IMG/VR virus record: IMGVR_UViG_3300047550_004781
Span: 1-57,901 of that record
Length of the DNA stretch: 57,901 nucleotides
Direction: 5' to 3' (one strand)
DNA from: a virus
Taxonomy: Duplodnaviria > Caudoviricetes
Of this stretch, positions 31,402 through 40,111 are shown one piece after another. A model generated the notes under the pieces. The model saw only the letters and a program-made list of their open reading frames with translations. It searched no databases and had not been told where the DNA came from. The stretch's first letter is position 1. Each line of letters starts with the position of its first letter. The translations under genes and the position numbers were made by a program.

Positions 31402-33060
31402 ATGAAAAAAATCACCAGTCCCAATCCACATTTGAAAAACTCCTATGAAAACATGAAACCTGTTGCTGGGAGAGACATGTGGACTACCAATCGTGATTTT
31501 GCCTGTTTTTTACCGAGTATCAGTGCGATCTATGCTAGGTTGGTCAGTCAACCCAACGAACGGACCATTTCTGGCTTGCCCAATGGACTGGATGATCTGA
31601 ATTTCCTTCAGCCCAACACCAATTTGTTCTATTATCCTATTGCCCTCTACAGCAGTGGGCATAGTGTGTGGGATCTTGATCAAAGTGACATTCAAGAAGC
31701 CATGGTGCAAAAGCGTGATAAATCCAGCACAGTGATTGTGGGCGACAGTGGCGGTTATCAGATTGCCACTGGTGTGCTCAAATGGCCCTGGCAGAAGAAA
31801 AAAGATCAATCCGATCAAGATTGGACTAGGGACAAAGATACTATCAGGATGCAAATCCTGCGTTGGTTGGAACACACATGTGAATACAGCATGGTGCTAG
31901 ACGTGCCCACAGGCAGCTTGCTCAAGTTTGGTAACCATCCCATCACGGGTGAAAATTTGCATCCTGGCGTGAAAAATTTCCGTGACTGTTTGAACAGCAG
32001 CATGGAAAATCATGATTTTTTCATCCGCAATCGCAAGGAAGGCAGAACAAAGTTTCTCAACGTCTTGCAGGGCCGTAATCAGGAAGAAGGTGACGTCTGG
32101 TGGGATGTGGTCAAGGATTTGCCGTTTGAAAGCTGGGCATATTCCAATGTGCAAGCCAGCAACTTTGCCATCAATCTTCGCAGGATCATCATCATGCGTG
32201 ATGGCAAATATTTGGATGGCAGAGACTGGGTCCACTATCTGGGCAATGGCAAAATCAAGGCTGGTTGTGCGTTGACAACCTTACAACGGGCCTGGAGAAA
32301 ATTTATAAATCCCAACGTGACTCTCAGTTATGACGCAGCCAGTCCGTTTGTGAATGTGGCCAAGGGTAACATATACTACAGTTGGGAAGTATCTCCACAA
32401 AGCATTGCCTACAAGGGTGGTGCTGTACCTGACCAAAAAGAGCTCAAAGGCAGCCAGGAACTGTTTCAGGACTGGATTGACAGATATAACACCAAATGGA
32501 CTCGTCGCACCAGCGAGGTAGCCAAAAAAGTCACAATTGGTGATATTTGTGTCAAGGGGTATGAGGATCTTAACTTCAAGAAAGTTGCTTTTACTCAACG
32601 AGAATTGGAAAGCGAAAGCTACAAGCAGAGCTTGGAAGCCATTCATGGTGAAAAATTCCGATTCAGTGATGAATATCGTCAATATCTCATGCATGAACAC
32701 CAAGAACATGGTAATCAATTGTTTGGTTGGGGCAAGCAAGAATTTGCAGAACATGAGAAATATCAGGTCAAATGGCCCAGCAGCATGGATGGATTGAGCT
32801 ATGTGTTGGGCATGAGCCACAATGTGGAATTGCATATTGACGCCATTCAACATGCTTGCGCCATGCAAGATCTACCCATCAACAAACGCAAGCAACATGT
32901 GAGTTCAGATCTTATAGAATTTGCTGGTGGTCTTTGTGAACAAATACTAACTTCAGAAAAACCCATGGATTTAATTGACAAACATGCTCGCATGCTAACA
33001 AAAATTACAGGCATGGACGCTGACAATAATATCAGCATGGATTTTAATCTATTTGCTTGA
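31402..33060 (+). CDS. dpdA: TGT/DpdA-like deazaguanine DNA transglycosylase
   Basis: GDSGGYQI, MVLDVP, NVLQG, HYLG, SYDAASP TGT-fold motifs; clustered with folE/queD/queE. Confidence 0.75.
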   Translation: MKKITSPNPHLKNSYENMKPVAGRDMWTTNRDFACFLPSISAIYARLVSQPNERTISGLPNGLDDLNFLQPNTNLFYYPIALYSSGHSVWDLDQSDIQEAMVQKRDKSSTVIVGDSGGYQIATGVLKWPWQKKKDQSDQDWTRDKDTIRMQILRWLEHTCEYSMVLDVPTGSLLKFGNHPITGENLHPGVKNFRDCLNSSMENHDFFIRNRKEGRTKFLNVLQGRNQEEGDVWWDVVKDLPFESWAYSNVQASNFAINLRRIIIMRDGKYLDGRDWVHYLGNGKIKAGCALTTLQRAWRKFINPNVTLSYDAASPFVNVAKGNIYYSWEVSPQSIAYKGGAVPDQKELKGSQELFQDWIDRYNTKWTRRTSEVAKKVTIGDICVKGYEDLNFKKVAFTQRELESESYKQSLEAIHGEKFRFSDEYRQYLMHEHQEHGNQLFGWGKQEFAEHEKYQVKWPSSMDGLSYVLGMSHNVELHIDAIQHACAMQDLPINKRKQHVSSDLIEFAGGLCEQILTSEKPMDLIDKHARMLTKITGMDADNNISMDFNLFA

Positions 33061-33096
33061 CAATTCTCAACTACACATATTATCTTTTGGAATCAT

Positions 33097-33519
33097 ATGA
33101 AAACATTACATCAACTCAGTCGTCAATATCGTCAACAGTTGGCACATAAGAAGAAATTGCGTGATCAAGTTCAGGATCTCAAAAGTAAGGTTGACGACAT
33201 CAATCGAGCTATTGAACAATTGAACAGACAACTTGCCAGTACCAAAGTATTAATTGATTACTGTGTGGTCACTGGGGAATCACCAGCTGAAGCCATTCTC
33301 AGAAATACTCACGAGCAAATACAACAAACAGTGATCGATATTAGGGGTTATGATTATTCCACTAATGAGTATTTGCAAGCAGGCAACGTAAAAGTCAACA
33401 ACGGTCTATCACACCAAAGCATAACTGTGACTCCAATTTCCACATTGAATACTGGTGTTTATCTTGGTTCATCAGGTGTGGGCGGTAGTATGATGGGGTC
33501 AAGTTTGCCGGGAGTTTGA
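33097..33519 (+). CDS. coiled-coil hypothetical protein
   Basis: Heptad-rich N-terminus; TTGACA promoter at about 33057. Confidence 0.5.
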   Translation: MKTLHQLSRQYRQQLAHKKKLRDQVQDLKSKVDDINRAIEQLNRQLASTKVLIDYCVVTGESPAEAILRNTHEQIQQTVIDIRGYDYSTNEYLQAGNVKVNNGLSHQSITVTPISTLNTGVYLGSSGVGGSMMGSSLPGV

Positions 33520-33625
33520 GATCTGTTGAAAATTTTGCTATAAATAGTATGCTACACAAAGGTAGCAAACCGGTCACAATGACCCGTTGAGCATGAACGA
33601 TAGATGCTAACCTAGGAGAAACATC

Positions 33626-34306
33626 ATGAGTTACAATCGAACAAAATGTGATGCCCAATTGGGGAAACAAGTGCATGAATATTTGGTAAAAATGGGTGTG
33701 GAAACGCCCAGCATTGCCAGAGAACTCAGTCGCACTGACAAAATTGACATCATCCAGCAAAAATTCCAGGACATTATGATAGCTCTTGGACTGGACATTG
33801 GGGATGACAGCCTGGCAGAAACACCCTTGCGCTATGCAAAAATGCTTGTTAACGAAACAATGTGGGGATTGGATTGGGACGCTTTTCCCAAATGCACTAC
33901 TGTGGAAAACAAAATGGGCTACGATGAAATGGTAGTTGAGAAAAATATTACCATAAAGAGCAATTGTGAGCATCATTTTGTACCTATTGTGGGGCTGGCC
34001 CATGTGGCTTACATTCCCGACAACAAAGTTCTGGGATTGAGTAAAATTCCCCGCATTTGTGAATATTTTGCCCGCAGACCACAAATACAAGAAAGACTCA
34101 CTGAACAAATTTTTCACACGCTGGCTTTTGTTCTTGAAACGCACAACATTGCTGTGGTAGTAGATGCCAGACATTTGTGTGTGAGTCACAGAGGTGTGGA
34201 AGACACCAATGCTCACACAATTACCAGCAAGTTGGGTGGATGTTTCAAATCTGATCCTGCTGCTAGAGCAGAATTCATGCAGGCTATCACAAGATTATCT
34301 CCATGA
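33626..34306 (+). CDS. folE: GTP cyclohydrolase I
   Basis: ETPLR, CEHH, GLSK..R, RRPQIQERLT, HLCVSHRG. Confidence 0.95.
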   Translation: MSYNRTKCDAQLGKQVHEYLVKMGVETPSIARELSRTDKIDIIQQKFQDIMIALGLDIGDDSLAETPLRYAKMLVNETMWGLDWDAFPKCTTVENKMGYDEMVVEKNITIKSNCEHHFVPIVGLAHVAYIPDNKVLGLSKIPRICEYFARRPQIQERLTEQIFHTLAFVLETHNIAVVVDARHLCVSHRGVEDTNAHTITSKLGGCFKSDPAARAEFMQAITRLSP

Positions 34307-34638
34307 TCAGTTGGCAACACAACAAATTTGTAAACTATACACCTGATTTGCCTGACAGCATCAGGTGTAAATTTCTATATAACAGTGTTAAAGTGGAGTT
34401 TGAACATACACTTGTTAACGGATATTGGAACAAAAATGAAAATTATGACCAATTATGGGTGTGGTGTAACACACATTGCAGCAGTTTGTTCACTTGTATC
34501 AAACAAGACAACATGACATCCTTGTTTATGTTTGATTCTACAGATGACATGAAAAAATTCACCAATCACTTGCAAACAATCGGAGGCAACCAACATGGTA
34601 CAAGAAACCAGCAAGGCCATCATACGACGCATGCATGA
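34303..34638 (+). CDS. hypothetical protein
   Basis: ORF coupled to folE. Confidence 0.4.
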   Translation: MISWQHNKFVNYTPDLPDSIRCKFLYNSVKVEFEHTLVNGYWNKNENYDQLWVWCNTHCSSLFTCIKQDNMTSLFMFDSTDDMKKFTNHLQTIGGNQHGTRNQQGHHTTHA

Positions 34639-35185
34639 CTGGCGTTTCGCTTCTAGATACCTTGTGGGCACAGGTATTGACATTGGCAGCGGTCAGGACG
34701 GATTGAGCCGTTACTCAAGATTTTTTCCTGGGTTGCAAACTGTGTATGATTGGGATCTGCCACAAGGTGACGCACATATTATGCAAGGCGTAGCTGACAG
34801 TAGCATGGATTTTGTACACAGCAGCCATTGTTTGGAACACATGCACGATCCTAGACTGGCCATGGAAAATTGGTGCAGAATTCTAAGATGCGGAGGTTAT
34901 ATGATATTGTTGGTGCCGGATGAAGACTTGTATGAACAAGGCCACTGGCCCAGCATCTACAACTCTGACCATAAAACCACATGGACGATTCACAAATCCC
35001 ATTCGTGGTGTCCAGCAAGCATCAATTGCACTCAATTCTTTGGCGAATTTCCGCAGTTGCGTATAATCAAAATGGAATTATTGGATGCCACTTTTGATTA
35101 TAGTTTGACCAACCAGGATCAAACGCTCTCCCCCATTGGTGAATGTGCTATTGAAATTATTTTGCAAAAACAAGGAATTATCTAG
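34595..35185 (+). CDS. class I SAM-dependent methyltransferase
   Basis: IDIGSG, DFVHSSHCLEH, LRCGG. Confidence 0.85.
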   Translation: MVQETSKAIIRRMHDWRFASRYLVGTGIDIGSGQDGLSRYSRFFPGLQTVYDWDLPQGDAHIMQGVADSSMDFVHSSHCLEHMHDPRLAMENWCRILRCGGYMILLVPDEDLYEQGHWPSIYNSDHKTTWTIHKSHSWCPASINCTQFFGEFPQLRIIKMELLDATFDYSLTNQDQTLSPIGECAIEIILQKQGII

Positions 35186-35994
35186 TGGTGAACAATACGT
35201 CCAAGAAAAATTTTGTAATATATGGTACGCCTGGAGATATAATTTATAGCTTGTCAGTTGTGAAGATGTTGGGGGGTGGCAACATGTATATGCGAATGAA
35301 TTATCTTGATGAGTTTTGCAAGAAGGTATTAAATTGGAATGTGAATCCGCCCACAAACCGACCTACTGTAAATGATTACAACAACATCGAACCATTATTA
35401 CGATATCAATCTTATATAGACACTGTTGATATTTGGCAGCCAAACATACATATTGATTACGATCTTTTAGAAAGCAATTTTCCCTATGTAGTCCCTAATG
35501 GCTGGCAAGGCAATCAAACTCAAATTTATGGACTAGCGGTGGGATATGATATAACTTACCCACAAATAAGTGTGTCATTGTTACATGAACCATGGTTAAC
35601 ACCTGTCGATCCTATAAAAATATCCAACAAGTATATCCTAATCAATAGAACTCCCCGTCATCGTCATCTAGGTCCGCACCAATACTACAAGGACTTGTAC
35701 AAACAAGGTTTGATGAAATATGCGTTGTTTGTGGGATCGCCCATTGAACATCAAGAGTTTGAAGCAGATCATGATATAAAAATAGATTATTATCCAACTA
35801 CCAATCTTTTGGAACTAGCACGGCTCATACAGGGTGCGGAATATTTCGTAGGCAATCAAAGTTGCCCCCTGTCAATTGCCATTGGGTTGGGCAAATCGTA
35901 CCAATGTGAGCCCAATCAAGCTACTTTGACTCCCACTCCTCATGGATTAGGCGGTGATTGTTGGTTTCCCAGAATCAATGGCAAATATTTTTAA
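35185..35994 (+). CDS. GT9-like (heptosyltransferase-fold) glycosyltransferase
   Basis: GDIIY..., LLELARLIQGAEYFVGNQSCPLSIA. Confidence 0.65.
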   Translation: MVNNTSKKNFVIYGTPGDIIYSLSVVKMLGGGNMYMRMNYLDEFCKKVLNWNVNPPTNRPTVNDYNNIEPLLRYQSYIDTVDIWQPNIHIDYDLLESNFPYVVPNGWQGNQTQIYGLAVGYDITYPQISVSLLHEPWLTPVDPIKISNKYILINRTPRHRHLGPHQYYKDLYKQGLMKYALFVGSPIEHQEFEADHDIKIDYYPTTNLLELARLIQGAEYFVGNQSCPLSIAIGLGKSYQCEPNQATLTPTPHGLGGDCWFPRINGKYF

Positions 35995-36007
35995 AGGAGA
36001 GATCTAA

Positions 36008-36697
36008 ATGTACGCCCTCTTTACCATTTACAATGAAAGTTTTGCCCAACTAAATTCCCATACATGGAACAAAAACAAGCTACTATATGCAAAACAACAT
36101 GATTATGAAACATTTGTAAGAGATGACTGGACAAGCAATTATGATCGAATATATCAAATCAAAAATATTTTTGAAACCAGGCCTGATATATCCTGGATTT
36201 GGTATACTGATTCTGATGTAATTGTTACTAATTTTCAAACAACAATTGAAAGTAAAATTGTTTCCACACACCATGTGGTGGTATCAACTGATGTCAACGG
36301 GATAAATTGCGGAAGTATGCTTTTGCGAAATAGTCCTCAAACCATATCATTTCTAACAGATATAATTGGTATTGAAGACATGGCCCAAGAACATTGGGAT
36401 AAAGAACAATGGGCGTTTAGCAATCTTTGTGGATTTCCAGAAACTTGTGACCCTGCATGGCCATCAGGCAAAAACCTAGTAGTTGCAGATAAATATAAAG
36501 ATATTGTGTATATTGTACCGCAAAGATACCTCAACAGTTACGATTATTCTTTGTACCCTTGGCACAAAGATACCCGTGATAAATTATTAGAAGATGGTAA
36601 TTGGCTTCTTGGTGATTGGGCATTACATTGGCCAGGGGTTACTATTGATACTAGACTATCATTATTTGATAAAATTCAAACAAATATACATAGATAG
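36008..36697 (+). CDS. GT34-like (GMA12/MNN10) glycosyltransferase
   Basis: YAKQHDY, WYTDSD (DxD), NCGSMLLRN, EQ, GDWALHWPG. Confidence 0.75.
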   Translation: MYALFTIYNESFAQLNSHTWNKNKLLYAKQHDYETFVRDDWTSNYDRIYQIKNIFETRPDISWIWYTDSDVIVTNFQTTIESKIVSTHHVVVSTDVNGINCGSMLLRNSPQTISFLTDIIGIEDMAQEHWDKEQWAFSNLCGFPETCDPAWPSGKNLVVADKYKDIVYIVPQRYLNSYDYSLYPWHKDTRDKLLEDGNWLLGDWALHWPGVTIDTRLSLFDKIQTNIHR

Positions 36698-36985
36698 GTG
36701 AACTACCACAACGCCCCCTGGAGACTGTGACTAGACCGTGGTGGTTGACATATCATATCCTGCCCCTTCTAAGCAGATGCCCGCTTGCCACACAAACTTT
36801 TTGGTCAATTGGAACTGGTTGTAGAGATATTGCCTTGCTCTGTACACAGACTGGACCTCTTGTTCTTGTTGCGGGTTGGATAAATTCGATATCTGTATCG
36901 CAATTTCATATATCTATTTATATAATTCAGTCAATCGCCGCTATCCATCCAGGGGCTAAAGCGCCCTGGCTTTCCGCGGCGGGAC
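36698..36985 (-). mobile_element. 288-bp non-autonomous derivative of the IS1341-like element
   Basis: Intact LE (..CCCGCCGCGGAAAGCCAGGG..), TATAAATA, decayed tnpB start (MKLRYRYRIYP), RE ending GTGGTAGTTCAC. Confidence 0.85.
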
Positions 36986-37096
36986 GTCAAAGTTGATGAA
37001 TATTTCCCTCAAGCAATAGTCAACAATATTGACAAATATTCACATTTGATAATACCAGGCGCACACATTTCAGTGCCTGAATTATTAGATACTTGA
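36986..37096 (+). pseudogene. orphan 3' gene fragment (possibly a glycosyltransferase C-terminus)
   Basis: Open frame VKVDEYFPQAIVNNIDKYSHLIIPG..* with no start, abutting the mini element. Confidence 0.4.
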
Positions 37097-37121
37097 AACC
37101 TCATTTATTTAAGAGACACAA

Positions 37122-37721
37122 ATGCTAAATTGGACTATAGACGATATGCTCATTCAAACCAATCAGAGAAAAGATAGTTTTGAACTGATGCTGAATCATC
37201 TCAAAAATCAATCCAATCCCCTTATTATTGAAACTGGATGTGCTAGATCAATACATGGTAGTTTGGAAATGGGTTTTTATGGTGATGGAAATAGCACCTT
37301 GATTTTTGACAAATTCATAAGCGAACATGGAGGTGAATTGTTTACAGTTGACAAGGATCCTATCCATCTATTGCATACTAAGAGGATGACAGGTCCCCAA
37401 TCAACTCTTGTTTGTCAAGACAGTGTCAAATTTTTATGGGATATGCAGGCAAAATTGGCTGCCCAAGACCAATTTGTTGATCTATTGTATTTAGATAGCT
37501 ATGATTTAGATCCCAAAAATCATCATCCTAGTGCATTGCATCATTTGAAAGAACTACTAGCCATTAGGACTAGGTTAAAATCAGGCAGTATGATTGCAGT
37601 TGATGATAATTTGGGAACTCCCCATAACCGGCAGGGTAAAGGCGCATACATAGAAGAATTCATGCAAAATATTGGAATCCCTCTCAAGTATGACGGTTAT
37701 CAATTAATTTGGGTGCTCTAA
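37122..37721 (+). CDS. class I SAM-dependent methyltransferase
   Basis: IIETG, VD, DS, DLLYLDS, IAVDD, GKG. Confidence 0.8.
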   Translation: MLNWTIDDMLIQTNQRKDSFELMLNHLKNQSNPLIIETGCARSIHGSLEMGFYGDGNSTLIFDKFISEHGGELFTVDKDPIHLLHTKRMTGPQSTLVCQDSVKFLWDMQAKLAAQDQFVDLLYLDSYDLDPKNHHPSALHHLKELLAIRTRLKSGSMIAVDDNLGTPHNRQGKGAYIEEFMQNIGIPLKYDGYQLIWVL

Positions 37722-37730
37722 CGATTTGGG

Positions 37731-37759
37731 CAATCAATCGCCGCTGCGGCGATTGATTG
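37731..37759. repeat. perfect palindrome derived from the IS left-end inner sequence
   Basis: CAATCAATCGCCGC-T-GCGGCGATTGATTG; the arm matches GCGGCGATTGA of the mini-element LE. Confidence 0.65.
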
Positions 37760-37829
37760 AAATATTTGATATATATATATTGCATTTTTGTCAAAGGTCC
37801 TGTACTAATAATATTAGTGATGTAGCAAA

Positions 37830-38027
37830 AGCCCTCACGGCTTGGGATATCCCGGTAGCAATACCGCAGGGACTAGGGCAGGAAGTGCCACGAGTCCGTA
37901 AAAAATATCGCCTGTGGATCGGAACACACCAATGCCTAAACTTATTGGAAAAATAGTGAACTGGAATCTAGCAGGAAGCCACAGCCCTTTAGGGCGTGGT
38001 AGTTCACAAGGTTTAAAATTTGATGTA
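37830..38027 (+). ncRNA. orphan TnpB omegaRNA-like locus (scaffold ends 38007, guide AAGGTTTAAAATTTGATGTA)
   Basis: Shares GGGCAGGAA.TGCC, CGCCTGTGGAT and an identical AGCAGGAAGCCACAGCCCTTTAGGGCGTGGTAGTTCAC with the copy-A omegaRNA; no tnpB ORF. Confidence 0.7.
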
Positions 38028-38139
38028 ATAATCATATATTTGAATGGAAACATATTGATCAAAGTATATGGAAAATCCAAGATCTTGACTTATTCAAGTT
38101 GCTACAACAAACTTATTTGAAAAATACTGGAGATAATTA

Positions 38140-39045
38140 ATGTTTGGACATAATTCAATCGTCGGTCAAAAATATTTTGAGCAAGCTGGTGACAAGCTGT
38201 TTGTGACTTCCATTTTTTTCACACTGCAAGGAGAAGGCCCCTATCGTGGGGAGCCAGCAGTGTTTGTGCGACTGGCCAAATGCCAACTTGCGTGTAGTTT
38301 CTGCGACACTTTTTTCGATGATGGTGATTGGCTGACTATTCCAGAGATTGAACAGATAATTGATGACGAAATCAACAAATATTTTGATGGAAAAGTGCCA
38401 GCATGGGCTGAAGATTATTGGGGTGGGGTTGATTTTGAAGGTGAACCATCTCTAGCGCAATCAGCTTTGAAAAAAAAGGACATGGTGCTAGTGCTAACTG
38501 GTGGCGAACCCATGTTGCAGAAAAATATTGTCCCATTTCTGGAGCGTATGAACAAACGGTTTGCTAAAACTCAGATTGAAAGTAATGGATTAATTGTTCA
38601 AGATATTCCTCCTGAAACAACATTGGTTGTAAGCCCCAAGTGCAGTGAAAAGCAGGGCAAGGCTGTCAAATACTTGGAACCCAAGTCTGAAATGTTGGCT
38701 AGGGCTGATTGTTTGAAGTTTGTGATGAGCGCTGATCCAGATAGCCCTTATACCAGTATACCACAATGGGCACATGATTGGCACGAGAAAACTGGCAAGC
38801 CTGTGTTTGTAAGTCCCATGAACATATACAATCAAGAGCCGCAAAAGAGCAAACAACTGCGAGCTCAAAAAAATCAAATCACGCTAGAAGAGCGCAGCAC
38901 AGTTGACGAAAAAATTAGTTTTTGGACTCCTGGTCTTTTGAATATGCAAGTCAATCAACAAAATCACGAATATGCAGCTGGTTATGCACTCAAACATGGG
39001 CTTATTTTTCAAGTGCAAATCCATTTGCTGGCAAGCATGGCTTGA
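38140..39045 (+). CDS. queE: 7-carboxy-7-deazaguanine synthase (radical SAM)
   Basis: FFTLQGEG, CQLACSFCDT, LTGGEP, IESNG, VSPK, QIH. Confidence 0.92.
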   Translation: MFGHNSIVGQKYFEQAGDKLFVTSIFFTLQGEGPYRGEPAVFVRLAKCQLACSFCDTFFDDGDWLTIPEIEQIIDDEINKYFDGKVPAWAEDYWGGVDFEGEPSLAQSALKKKDMVLVLTGGEPMLQKNIVPFLERMNKRFAKTQIESNGLIVQDIPPETTLVVSPKCSEKQGKAVKYLEPKSEMLARADCLKFVMSADPDSPYTSIPQWAHDWHEKTGKPVFVSPMNIYNQEPQKSKQLRAQKNQITLEERSTVDEKISFWTPGLLNMQVNQQNHEYAAGYALKHGLIFQVQIHLLASMA

Positions 39046-39049
39046 TCAG

Positions 39050-39343
39050 ATGAGCATCCCCATATATTTTGATTTGTATGACGTACAAGGTCGTATCCTA
39101 GCCAGAAACAGGAGTTTTTTCACCATCAGCTACACTGACCGCCCAGGAGATTTGACCATGCTCAGCAAGCGGATACAGGAATGTTGTTTGAGTGATCATG
39201 CAAAATATGTGCATGCTGACGTGAGATATATTGTAGCTCACAGCGCAGCCGATTATATGTTTGACGTTCAAGAGCCATGGGCCATCTTGCCCAATCGATA
39301 CAAAGAGAGACCAAACATTGAAAATACCCAAAATACCATTTGA
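39050..39343 (+). CDS. hypothetical protein
   Basis: ORF directly after queE. Confidence 0.4.
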   Translation: MSIPIYFDLYDVQGRILARNRSFFTISYTDRPGDLTMLSKRIQECCLSDHAKYVHADVRYIVAHSAADYMFDVQEPWAILPNRYKERPNIENTQNTI

Positions 39344-39923
39344 TTTATTACCCACTAGCTGGGGACTCAAGGGCAAAAGTCGCCAACGTGCAAGGGCCGA
39401 ATATGAACTTGTGGGCTATGAACTAGCGTGCAAATTGGCTGAAATTGACAGTGTGGATGAACTTGATCTTCAACTGCGATTGTTGGATATCAAACTGCAA
39501 TACAAAATACTAACGGAATATGACCACGCACATCAAAAAGCAGAACTGTGTTTATCGGACGTGGCGTTGTCTGAACAGAAATTATTGGTTGATTTAAAAT
39601 ACAATCGTATCAGCAAACAGCAATATGACAAGCAATTGGCGGACATCAAAAACGAACCATGGGTGTGTATCACAGACGTCAAATGGAACCCTAATGACCC
39701 CAGCCGCAGTTATTTTGAATTGGACTATAACGAACACTTTATACATTTATTACGCGCACATGATTATCATGGAACAACTCCTGAGGAATTGGTGGAAAAA
39801 TGGTTGAATCAGGTTTGCAAAAGTGTTGCTTGGGATATGGAATTGGAAGATCCTGGGTTTGTGAGTGAAGCTCTTAATATCCGTAAGAACAAAAATCCCA
39901 ACAATCTAACTGAATATAGTTAG
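39318..39923 (+). CDS. phage hypothetical protein
   Basis: PTSWGLKG, EPWV, YFELDYNEHFI motifs; TTG start assumed. Confidence 0.55.
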   Translation: MKIPKIPFDLLPTSWGLKGKSRQRARAEYELVGYELACKLAEIDSVDELDLQLRLLDIKLQYKILTEYDHAHQKAELCLSDVALSEQKLLVDLKYNRISKQQYDKQLADIKNEPWVCITDVKWNPNDPSRSYFELDYNEHFIHLLRAHDYHGTTPEELVEKWLNQVCKSVAWDMELEDPGFVSEALNIRKNKNPNNLTEYS

Positions 39924-39987
39924 AACGAACATGATCCTGTTTGACATAATCAGAATGTGCTTTTAAGATGGCTTGGTGATGCAATAT

Positions 39988-40058
39988 CATGCTGAATGCT
40001 CCTGAATAGCGTTTAGAGTGGTCAGCTTGGTTGTAGACTCGTGGACCACACTTATTAA
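39988..40058 (-). promoter_or_regulatory. orphan copy of the homing-endonuclease leader motif
   Basis: CATGCTGAATGCTCC....TAGCGTTTAGAGT shared with 11027-11058. Confidence 0.55.
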
Positions 40059-40111
40059 TGTTGACACACGGGCATCAATAACTTATTGTTATACTCGAAG
40101 GAGGAACTTTG

